Shown here: positions 12,015 to 22,115 of the stretch, piece by piece
Position numbering within the stretch: the stretch's first letter is position 1
Layout: each line of letters begins with the position of its first letter
NCBI GenBank assembly: GCA_030770535.1
Contig: JASVEC010000185.1
Span: 1 to 34,755 of the forward strand
Direction: 5' to 3'
Length of the DNA stretch: 34,755 bases
Source of the DNA: Batkoa obscura
Lineage: Eukaryota
Position numbers and translations under genes: made by a program
The notes under the pieces: model-generated
Told to the model about the DNA's origin: nothing
The model's database searches: none
What the model saw: the letters and a program-made list of their open reading frames with translations, nothing else

Positions 12015-13075
12015 TTTGATATATTATACTATAATAAATATTATTGATATTTTATATAGTTATTTGCTAGATTAGTTATTAAATATTTTAAAATTATTAA
12101 AAGATAAAGCTTAAAAACTATAGCATTTAAATATTACTTCAATTACTGCTAAGTATTCTATATTCTTATTTTAAATCCTTTATTTCATCCCCTCTTCAAT
12201 TTTATTTTTGTACTTAAGCTTCTTGTTTCTTAATTGAGCACCCGCTTAAAGAACCACTAAATCTATCTATCTTGGGCAAATCGACCTATTAATCAAGAAC
12301 ACTGATACTTAAATAGCAAATAATATTGGGTTGCTTTATTATTTCTTTTTTTTTTGTTTGATCTAAATTTAAGTTATTTATAGATTCTTAATAGCTTTAA
12401 GTCCATTTTATCATTTATTGTAGCCCTTTTACTCATAAATTTTAATAAATACAATCTAAATAAAGGTTCCAGCATTTTTATAAATAATTAATACAAAATA
12501 TGATATAATAAAAATTAGAACTGTAGCATCCTGTTTATAATTCTCAGTATAGAAGATTTTATAAATAACTAAGGCGCAATTTAAAATTCTGAATATACGC
12601 TAAATTCAAGGTTCAATTATTTTCTAGTTTTAATTTATTATAAAAGAGGTACATGCCTCCTCTCCCACTTTTATTTTGCTTTTTATGCTATCACGGTAGT
12701 AAAATCACTTGGGACCTTCGTTGCGTTCCAGATTAAAAAAGGGTAAATTAAGTACAAATAATAAGAAAAACCCATTTATTTATGCTAAATAAGTTGGTAA
12801 ATTTCGGTAAAAGTATCTGTAACATTCTCTAAAATGACTCAGATATTATAATATTTTTTTGATGAAGTAATCTTTAAAATGTATACTTTTATTGAAACGT
12901 TATACTATAAATATAAAGTAGTCTTTAATGTCAAAATTGGTAGTAGAATATGTGAATTAATTTTGAAAAAATGGATTATTTATACGTTATCATAAATTGT
13001 TACTGAAAATGCTAAAATATAAAAACTATCAAAAATAAAACTATTAAAAGCATCTTTTTAAGCCTTTAAACATAC

Positions 13076-13173
13076 GGGAATGTTTTTTTGATTTAATTAT
13101 TTTTTTCCATTTTTTGAGCGCTACTTGAGCGGAAGATTGTTACTAAAATTCTTAAACAAAAAAATACATCCCC
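13076..13173 (+). mobile_element. 98-bp MITE copy 4
   Basis: GGGAATGTTTT...AAAATACATCCCC, TSD ATAC/ATAT (1 mismatch). Confidence 0.88.
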
Positions 13174-13583
13174 ATATGTTAATTTTATATAATATATAGC
13201 TCGTATGTACCATTTTATTTTCCAAAGCCTGTTACAAAATTTAAAAACCTTCAAGGATGTATTCGTTTCAATATTCCGCACATTTCCAATGCAATATAAA
13301 TTTTACAAAATATTAAATGATATTGAACAAAAAATAATAATTCCATTTTAAAACTTCATCGTTAACCTTTAAAAATAATATAACTCAATACAGCTCATTT
13401 AGCATTCGATGTTTTAGTTCCTTAGTAGAGTTGGGATTTTCTCTTTACTATGTACTATGATTTCTACAAAATACTAGTTCTGAGCGATAACGGCCATAAG
13501 CCAATATTGATTTTAATAGCAGTAATAATAAAAAGTTAAGTAAATTTAAACAGTTTATTATAACAAAAGTAACTTTTTTGTGA

Positions 13584-15331
13584 TTAGTCTTCATGCTTTT
13601 CAGTAATTTTTCCATCGAACTTTTGGGTAGTATGAACGTTAACAGGGTTAATCATAAAAATGATAATAACTAAAGCAAGCCCTGCTAAAGCACATGATAA
13701 AGCTGAAAATATCATTTGAACATCTTCATAAGAAGAAATAACTTGGTCGAATTGGTTTGATGGGAGCTCCCAAACATATTTCATCTGGTTCATCGCGCCT
13801 GTCATATCGATTTCTCCTTCAACTCTTTACTTAATTAGCATGGGAACTACTTGAACCCAAACTACACCTGCAATTATATTTCCAAATGCACTAACTATTC
13901 CTTGTATTATCTGAATTGTACTGACCGTAATTGCTATATCCTTTCTATCTACTGATCCTTGATATGCTACAGCTATGCCTATATCTACTATGCCTTGTCC
14001 AATCCCAGAAAGTGCTTGAGTAACATGAATTGATAAATCACTTGAATGGCGGAACCTTGCTGGTATCATTGTGCCTAAACCTATACAATTTAATGCTGCA
14101 CCAGCAATCAATAAATACTTGTAATTGTGAAGTTTTTTGATTAAAAATCCTGTAATCAAAGCTGAAATTAAATAGCCCGTTTGATAACCTTTGAATAGCA
14201 AAGAAGCGCTAGTCGGATCAAGCTTTCGAGAGGTCATGAAGTATAAGTAAAGGTATTGCCAGTTTATCCCAGAATCTAATGAAATTAAACAAATGACTAA
14301 AATGGCACCTGATACTGTTCTGTTTTTAAATATCGATAATGGGATTAATGGAGCTTTAGCATATTTAGATTCCCATACAATTAATCCAATAAGTAAAACA
14401 ACTCTAATAATAATTAAAGCTATCATACTTGGACTACCCCAACCATTTTCTAATGTGGCTGCAATGTTAAAAGGTATCAATAGTGTTAATAATCCAGCAA
14501 CTAGTAAAGTAAACCCAACTAAATCCAGCTCTTGATAAATATTCTTTAAACCAGTACTAAGACCAAATTGTTTGATGCTAACGAATGTATTGGTCTGTTT
14601 TTTAGCTTTACGTTGTAAATAAAACATCATACCAAAAAACAGTGAAATGCAAGGGATGAATATAGCAGCGGAAACTATATAACCCCATCTCCATCCAAGG
14701 TTTACACTAACTGGAGTTGCGAGCAAAGTTCCCAACCAGTTGTTTAAAACAAATGGTATCATATCTATAGAACTAAACATAGCTCTATTTGCCAATGAGG
14801 TTAAATCAGCTACTATGATTTTTTTAGTAATATTAAAACCGATAAAACCGATGTTAGACAAAAAGTAACCAGCAAAAAAGAAAGAAAAAGAGTTTGCCAC
14901 CCCAAGGAACACTACACCTAAAAGATGACACCCCAATGAGAAAAGATAAATTTCGGTACGTCCGAAATAATCAGTAAACTTGGAATATAATGGAACAAGG
15001 ATAATTCCCAACAAACTAGTTACTACTCCAAATACACTTAAAATAGCATTTGCTTTGAATTCTTCTAAAGCAATATTAAATAAGCTATAGTTAAAATTCG
15101 ATTCTAGTGAGTTAGCAAAAGTAATAAGGAAGAGACCAATATAACAAACCCATAGTTCTTTATTGCTAATTACACTACGCAAGCTTACCATCCTTCTTGC
15201 ACCCAACTCGCTAGCAACAAAAGTTTTGTTTTTTTCCTGCTTATCATCTTCAATATTAAAGTCTTGTTTTAAATCTTCTTTCGTCTTTTATTAGAGTTTG
15301 ATACTTTTAAAAAACTTTTATCTAGTGTCAT
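13584..15331 (-). pseudogene. Siderophore-iron transporter (SIT/ARN/MirB-like 14-TMS MFS), disrupted
   Basis: ORFs 15206-13827 and 13805-13584 share one frame, separated by a single TAA (13829-13827; ...PMLIK*RVEGEIDMTG...). The likely start ATG 15331 is out of frame with the body (frameshift near 15290). Motifs: K.TDYFGR.E, IIVADLTSLANRA, WRWGY, ELDLVG, A...GW.SP..IA, P.IP...FKNRTV. Confidence 0.8.
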
Positions 15332-15393
15332 TTTATAAGTCTCACAAGTTGATTTATTTTAGTTTTTAATTTATTTCCATTAATCATATTTTA

Positions 15394-15439
15394 ATCAGAT
15401 CTACTTATCATTAGTCTTTAGTTTCTAATCTGATTATCA
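15394..15439. promoter_or_regulatory. Putative iron-responsive GATA (SreA/Fep1-type) elements upstream of the SIT gene
   Basis: ATCAGAT 15394-15400, TTATCA 15405-15410, ATCTGAT 15428-15434 and TTATCA 15434-15439, 60-110 nt upstream of ATG 15331. Confidence 0.5.
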
Positions 15440-15681
15440 TAATTTATTCCATTATTTTAATAGTACAATTATTTTCACATCTCATTATTTGGCTTGTGTT
15501 TAGTAATACTTATAAACTAATTATATCAATCTGAAGCCCTTAAACTATGATAAAAATACTCTATCCATATATGTTATTAACAATTTTTCAAGTATTTACT
15601 ATACTATTTCTTATGATTCTAGTTATATTACTTCATTTAGTTTGTTGGGTTGTATATAAGGATGCTTCTAAAGTAGTATCT

Positions 15682-15779
15682 GGGAATTTATTTCTATATT
15701 TAATAATTTCACTAACAATCTTTCCACTTAAATAGTGCTTAAAGGATGGAAAAGTAATGAAGTCAAAAAAAACATCCCC
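15682..15779 (-). mobile_element. 98-bp MITE copy 5 (inverted)
   Basis: Reverse complement of the consensus, ends ...AAAAAAACATCCCC, TSD ATCT/ATCT. Confidence 0.88.
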
Positions 15780-15999
15780 ATCTCCTTTTATGCAAATATC
15801 CATTGGGAAAAATATGGGATAGCAGCAACTGAATTTTTTTACACCAAGATTTGTCTTTACATAAGTATTTGCTATTGCAACCAAAACAGTCTTTTATCTT
15901 TTACTTAAAAAAATGAGCTTATTTTAAAACTCTCTTATAAAATACAAAACTAGCGAATTTCAATCACTTTACCATATTCTTCTGATACTTATAAAATAT

Positions 16000-16089
16000 G
16001 GAGATGCGTTCTTTTAAGGATTTTACTAACAATCTTTCCACTCAAATAGTGCTTAAAAGTGGAAAAGTGATGAAATTAAAAATAGCCCC
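16000..16089 (-). mobile_element. MITE copy 6 (inverted, 90 bp)
   Basis: GGAGATG...CTTTCCACTCAAATAGTGCTTAAAAGTGGAAAAGTGATGAA...AGCCCC, TSD ATAT/ATCT. Confidence 0.82.
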
Positions 16090-16339
16090 ATCTTTTTAAA
16101 CAGATAAATTTTTGCTTAGAGTGAGGTTTCTTCTCAAACCAACCCTATATAGAGACTGGTTAAAAAAGACAGTAGCGCTTTTTAATATTTTTAAATAAGA
16201 TAATCGATGAAGCAAATATTTAAATTAAAAAATCCTCCTTTAGAAATAGTCATTACTAATGAAAATAATAACAGAAAAAGTTTATTTTATTATCGCTATT
16301 GTAAAATTTAGCCAAGAAATTTAATAAATTATATGAAAT

Positions 16340-16437
16340 GGGGATGTTTTTTTGGCTTCACTACTTTTTCCATCTTTTAAGCACTATTTAAGTGGAAAAA
16401 TTGTTAGTAAAATTCTTAAACATAAAAACACATCCCC
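16340..16437 (+). mobile_element. 98-bp MITE copy 7
   Basis: GGGGATGTTTTTTGG...AAAAACACATCCCC, TSD AAAT/AAAT. Confidence 0.9.
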
Positions 16438-16750
16438 AAATACTATTTATAGAGTTGATAAAAACAACGTAGTTTATTTTTTATTGTCAAAGTTTTATTA
16501 TTATTATGCTATTTTCTATTAAGGTAAAAAAACATCTCAATTTAATTTAATTGACATAATATATAATCCTAATATTCCATATTGGGTTAAACAAAAAGTA
16601 AAAGTTGAGTATCTATTATATATACAATTCGTTAGCTATCACTCATATAAAATATCTTTCAATATTTTGAATTTTTCCTGTACTGGGTTTATTAAAGTCC
16701 AGTTAAAGGATCCTTTCTAATTTCTCTTTAACTCCCACCTTAGTCTATAT

Positions 16751-16841
16751 GGGGGTGTTTTTTGGTTTCATCACTTTTCCATTTTTAAGCACTATTCAAG
16801 TCAAAAGATTGAAAAAGTGATGAAGCTAAAAAAATACTCCC
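16751..16841. mobile_element. MITE copy 8, fold-back variant with two left ends
   Basis: The first ~60 nt match the consensus and the last ~30 nt are the reverse complement of the left end. TSD ATAT/ATAT. Confidence 0.85.
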
Positions 16842-16912
16842 ATATCTATATTCATTAAAAAACATTAACTTTAATAATGTAAAGATGTTTTTTTTATTAA
16901 ATTGTAGCATAT

Positions 16913-16996
16913 GGACATGTTTAAAAAAAATTCCATTAGCAGTTTTTCCACTTGATAGTGCTTAAAAATCGTAAATGAAATAAAAGGACATTCCTC
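16913..16996 (-). mobile_element. MITE copy 9 (inverted, degenerate)
   Basis: Core TTTTTCCACTTGATAGTGCTTAAAAA matches the inverted consensus. Termini are eroded; left flank ATAT. Confidence 0.6.
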
Positions 16997-17045
16997 TATG
17001 TAAATTAAACTTGGCTACTATTTTAGAATTTAAAAGTTACTATAT

Positions 17046-17143
17046 GGGGATGTTTTTTTTGGTTTCATTATTTTTCCATTTTTTAAGCGCTATTTGAGTA
17101 GAAAGATTGTTGGCAAAATTCTTAAACAAAAAAGTACATCCTC
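17046..17143 (+). mobile_element. 98-bp MITE copy 10
   Basis: GGGGATGTTTT...AAAAAGTACATCCTC, TSD ATAT/ATAT. Confidence 0.9.
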
Positions 17144-17565
17144 ATATTAATTTTAATAGAATAGAACATAAAATACTTGTGTAAAAGCAATAACATAAAT
17201 TAAAGCATTAAAGTATAAAAAGTATATTATCTAATAAATTCAAATAAAAAATCTTTTAGTTTTAACTGATCCAATCAACGTTTATTTAGTTTTAATACAA
17301 ATTCATTATGAAGTTGTAATATTAATTTTGAAAGATTTACACTATAAAATAAATAAGTTTGATTAGGGATTAGAAATAATAACTTATCCCTTAATTATAT
17401 CATCTGTATTCAGGATGAGTTGATTTTAACTATCGATTGCACCATTTCAATAAAAAAATAATCATCGGATGCTGACTAAACTAGAAATTAATAATATAGA
17501 TTTAGAGAGACTATAAATAAAGTGAAAAAGACATCTAAAGCATATTATTGACAAAGATAAATTAA

Positions 17566-18121
17566 ATGACTTTAGAAACTAACTTAGAGGTAGCCACTTT
17601 AGCGGGAGGATGTTTCTGGGGAATGGAATACTATTTTCGTAAAGAATTTGGGGATAGATTAAAATCCATTAAGGTTGGTTTCACTGGGGGTAAATTAATT
17701 GATCCAAAATATCCAGAAGTAAAACTTGGAGAAACAGGGCATGCAGAAGCTATTGAAATTCAGTTTGATCCTAAAGAGCTTAGTTATTATGATTTAGTTT
17801 ACTTTTTTTGGAGGATTCATGATCCTACAACGATTAATAGGTAATTATCCATATTATTTTTTACTTTATTTGAGAAATTTATAATATGTCATTAGACAAG
17901 AGGAGGATGAAGGAACACAATATAGATCAGCTATTTTTTACCATAGCCAAGAGCAATTAGAAACGTCTTTAAAAGTTAAAGACATAGTTCAATCAAAATT
18001 TGAAAACCCAATTATAACAGAGTTTAATCCAGCAACAGTATTTTATTTAGCTGAGGAATATCATCAAGACTATTTAGCAAATAACCCTACCGGCTGGTGC
18101 GTCCATCGTATAAGGTGGTGA
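17566..18121 (+). CDS. msrA: Peptide methionine sulfoxide reductase A (2 exons: 17566-17840, 17896-18121)
   Basis: GGCFWG, TGHAE, HDPTT.NR|Q..D.GTQYRSAIF, AEEYHQ.YL, C-terminal resolving Cys (GWCVH). Intron GTAATT...TTAG. Confidence 0.95.
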
Positions 18122-18260
18122 GATAATGAATTGACTAATTAATAAAATCAGTAGTTTTTTTTACTTAAAAAAGTTGGCTTTTTTATTATCAATATTATGA
18201 TTGAAATATAAATATAGGAATAGTTTAATCTCCTTTTTTCTTTTGTTAATAATAATAAAA

Positions 18261-18476
18261 ATGCAAGCAGAAGATAAAATCAATAAAGTTATCATTGAAG
18301 AAGAAGAAGAAGAGGATGAATATGATTTAAGAATTAAAAGAACCGGATGTTTCAAAGAGCATGAAGCATTACAAAACTGCTATTTTGAAACTGGTAGGGA
18401 CTGGCGTAAATGTCGTGAAGAGATGCAAGCATTTAGAACTTGTTTTAAAAAATATGAAGAACAAAAAGAAAAATAA
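18261..18476 (+). CDS. COA4: Twin-Cys CHCH protein, cytochrome c oxidase assembly factor 4-like
   Basis: EDEYDLRIKRTGC-x9-C...DWRKC-x9-C after an acidic run. ATG 18261 is preceded by AAAA. Confidence 0.82.
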   Translation: MQAEDKINKVIIEEEEEEDEYDLRIKRTGCFKEHEALQNCYFETGRDWRKCREEMQAFRTCFKKYEEQKEK

Positions 18477-18522
18477 ACTCAAAATTCAAAGATATCTTTT
18501 TTTTGTTTTTATTTTCGTTTTC

Positions 18523-19190
18523 ATGTCCTGCATTTACTTTGGAAATAATATTATCCCTAAATCTCAAATATTTTATTCTACGAAATTATCCTTTGCCTTT
18601 GTCAACCTTAAGCCTATAAAACGGTAGTGATTAACTATTTACATTTTAGAATTTAATTAATAACTATTAATAGCGGACGTAAGAATAAATCAATTTTTAA
18701 ATTATTAATTCAAAATTAGATGTCCTTGTTTCACCATTTCGCAAAGTAGATCGAGTTTCCAAATTAAATCATAATGAAGTAAATAGATAACATGCCATTA
18801 AATACCTCTTATCATCAATTAGATATCTGATCTTTGGATCACAGCTCAGAAAGTTGGTAATGTAATTGAGTCTGTCTATAAAGGAACTTCGTTAAGTTAT
18901 GTAATACAAGTAAGTTTTAATTAAAGATTACTGTTTGTTACTCATATATAATAGGATGGACCTGAAGCTGGGCAGTCAGTAAACCATGTTCATATTCATA
19001 TCATTCCAAGAGAAAAATTAGATTTTGTTGAAAATGATCAAATTTACGATGAGTTAAATAAGGTAGACAATGACAGCAGAAAACCAAGAACAGTGGAAGA
19101 AATGGTAAAAAAATCAATTTTTAAAGTAAATAATATTAACAAATGGTTAAGGCTAATGAAGCAATAACGTTGAGAAATTATTTTGAGTAA
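18523..19190 (+). CDS. HNT2: Bis(5'-adenosyl)-triphosphatase FHIT/Hnt2 (6 exons: 18523-18623, 18674-18678, 18720-18778, 18823-18909, 18955-19104, 19152-19190)
   Basis: The spliced product has [36 protein letters not shown] (histidine triad), NDQIYDEL and RTVEEMANEA. Confidence 0.92.
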
Positions 19191-19272
19191 TTTTATTAAT
19201 TATCGTGACTTAAATAAACGTTATAAAAAAATTTACTCCAAAATTTGAGGTTGTCTTTTTGCTTTTTTTAGT

Positions 19273-20493
19273 ATGCTTTTTAAAATAAATAAAGAAGCGA
19301 TTATTTCATTAATACTTGGTCAATTCCTATCTCTATGTATAACCACTAGTAATATCACTACTGGCGCGCTTGTAGATAAATATAATATAAGAATACCAAC
19401 CACACAATCATTCATCATTTACTTACTAATAGCGATAGTATTCAACTTTCTATTAATAAAACAACAAGGATATTTTCAATATACAAAGGTATTAAAAAAT
19501 AAATGGAAGCAATGTAATTAAATAGAGCTTCAACTTATACTTCGTTAATTTTCTATTTTAGTTTTAATCTTGTCTTTTTGTGACGTCGAGGCCAATTTTT
19601 TTATTGTGAAAGGATTTGGGTATACTAGTTATCTTTCTGCTATGCTAATAAACGCTTGTTCGACACCAGGCGTTGTATTTTTAAGCTATAAATACTTAAA
19701 TGTAGGATATTATAAAACTCATCTTATTGGAGTAGGAATAGCATTGATTGGACTTATTATGTTAGTACTATCAGATGTTATGGAAGGCAAAGATTATCAA
19801 GGTAAAAATTAATATTTTAAAAAACTAAACTAAATTAAACATATAAAGGAAACAATAAACTAATGGGGGATTTGTTTTGTATTTTTGGAGCTCTATTATA
19901 TGCAGTCTCTAATACATATGAGGAATATTTATTAAAATCCAGCTCAAAAATAGAAATATTGGCTTTTTTAGGTTTATTTGGCGTTATTATTAGCGGAATA
20001 CAGCTGTAAATATTATCTTTTTTTATTACTATTACTAAAATTATTTAGCTTATGTTTAGAATTTTATGTTTTATTTACTATCACTTGGACTTTTTCTTCA
20101 GGTAAAATACTAATAATTTAAGGTTGAGTTAATAACTTTATTTAGCTGGATTGTATGCTCTTTTCACTGTTGCTGTATTTTCACTATATACTTTAGTACC
20201 ATTATTGATAGAGCTTAACGGGGCAACATTTTATAACTTATCCTTATTAACAGCTGATTTTTATGGTTTAATATTAGGCATGATATTCTTGCCAGTCAAA
20301 GTAAGTTAATATTTTTATTAACATCTGTATTAACTCTTTTTAGCTCAACAAATTGTATCCATTCGCGTTTTCTTTAGTTATTATTGGATTGATCATTTAC
20401 AATATTATTCCTACTTATAATAGACTAGAAAATGAAAGCAATATCAGCAATGAAATTCAATTAGATAATGAAGAGCAGCCTTTAGTGAATTAG
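19273..20493 (+). CDS. SLC35F1/F2-family (DUF914) solute carrier, multi-exon
   Basis: LILGQFLSLCIT, PTTQSF..Y, DVEANF, YTS, GDLF...GA.LYAVSN..EE, GATFYNLSLLTADFYG across short GT-AG introns. Stop TAG 20491-20493. Confidence 0.88.
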
Positions 20494-21524
20494 ACACTTA
20501 TTTGTATTTGTACTTTAAGATAGTTAGAATTAAATTATTTTGTAGTTTTGTATTTTATATTATTGCTTTATAATGTAGTTTGCATTGCATTCAAAACCTT
20601 TTTCTAGTTGGAAACAATTTTTCTGCTTACAAAATTTTATTATCTAGAAAAGAATGAAGAAATGCACAAATAATTAATAGAAATAACGTTTAGAAAATAT
20701 ATTGATAAAAGTTTAATCTAAAAAAATAAGTTAAAAATAAAGTTTCCCTTTTTCACAGTATATTCAATTAAATGTCTGTGAGTTCAAAAAAAATAAGAGG
20801 ATGACCCCAAAACATTTAATAAGGTTTCTTTTCAAAATGATTCTTATGATAATTTGTGTAAGACATCTTAGTTATAAATGCTTCTTTGCAGTAACAGTTT
20901 GAGTCCTTAGAGGACCTTAAAGTTATGTTTAAGTTTCTTGTATATTTCTATATTATTTAAGCCACCAGATATTATCTTTTAGCCTCAATTGTATTATTTA
21001 GCTATATAATCATACAGTTATATATATGTAATAAATACAAATAGTTTGATTAATAGTATTTATCTCAAAGCTACATCCCTACAATAATAATATTATAATG
21101 AAGTTATGAAAATAGTTATGAGATATAATGATATTTGAAATGAGCTATTTATAACTATTCTATCTTTGGAGACTAGTCACATTTTTCATTATAACTTAAG
21201 TGGGGCTATTTATTATTGTTTATAAGGCATATCACGATTTATCCACAATTTTCAAATTTTAGTGTAAATTCATCCAATTAAATAATATAACGTTAGTCTA
21301 TTTTTAGATTAGTAAAAGAATGAAAGCAAATGATAAAATGATTGGACAATAATAAAATCTAAAGAATTTATTAATTAGGTTCTTTTAGCCACGATTTTAT
21401 CTAACATAGATATACATGAAAAATAGCTGCAATGAGCTTAAAAACATTTAAATAGAGTAGAAATGTTATTTTTATTTAATTTTAATCTTAAATTTAGTCC
21501 ATTTTCTTTATATTTATTTTTATC

Positions 21525-22115
21525 ATGGCATCTCAACTCGACCTTTCTTTAGACGATGTGATTAAGAGCACTAAGAAGTTTGCTGGTGGTGTCAACCATA
21601 AAAGTCGCAATAATGTAAGAAATAAAGTTCCTTATAGTAAGGAATTTAAAGAACTCAAAGAAGTTCATCGAATTTTAATTTCAAATCTTCACTATAATGT
21701 AACTATCCAAGATATTGAAGAATTATTTGGCCAAATTGGTCGCATTCGCTCTGCTAGCTTAAATTTTGATTCCAATGGAAAGTCTCAAGGTACTGGTGAA
21801 GTTATTTTTACTCGTGCTTCGGATGCTGCTGCTGCTTTTAAAAAATATCATGGTGTTACCCTTGATGGTCGTTCTATGAAGTTAGCTCTTCCTTATACTC
21901 CATCAGCTGTAAAGGCACCAATTTCAACTCGTGTTAGAATACCTCGTGATATTTCTAATGATAAGAGGGCCAATGGTAGTAGAAAAGGTAATAACCAACG
22001 TCACCATAAAGCACGTCGTAATAATGATTCTCGTCCAAAGAAAACCAAGGAAGAGCTTGACCAAGAGTTAGATTCAATCTATTCTAAACCTTCAACCGAA
22101 ACCAAAGAAAATTAA
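21525..22115 (+). CDS. YRA1: mRNA export adaptor ALY/REF/Yra1/Mlo3 (RRM), intronless
   Basis: N-box LDLSLDDVIK, RRM (ISNLHYNV..D..ELF, G.S.GTGEV.F, YHGVTLDGR.M), C-box KTKEELDQELD. Confidence 0.9.
   Translation: MASQLDLSLDDVIKSTKKFAGGVNHKSRNNVRNKVPYSKEFKELKEVHRILISNLHYNVTIQDIEELFGQIGRIRSASLNFDSNGKSQGTGEVIFTRASDAAAAFKKYHGVTLDGRSMKLALPYTPSAVKAPISTRVRIPRDISNDKRANGSRKGNNQRHHKARRNNDSRPKKTKEELDQELDSIYSKPSTETKEN

Noticed and set aside
13799..13830. Intron or stop-codon reassignment rescuing the SIT TAA
   Set aside because: The GTAAAG...CAG candidate is 32 nt, purine-rich and shifts the frame. TAA terminates many intact genes in this window.
3499..14535. Antisense ORFs inside the MFS, GMC and SIT genes
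   Set aside because: Shadow frames of the real genes.
15682..17143. CRISPR-like repeat-spacer array
   Set aside because: The repeats are ~98 bp, in mixed orientation, irregularly spaced, and each has its own TSD.
17566..18121. MsrA as a fungal selenoprotein
   Set aside because: The catalytic codon is TGT (Cys), and the TGA at 18119 sits at the normal C-terminus.
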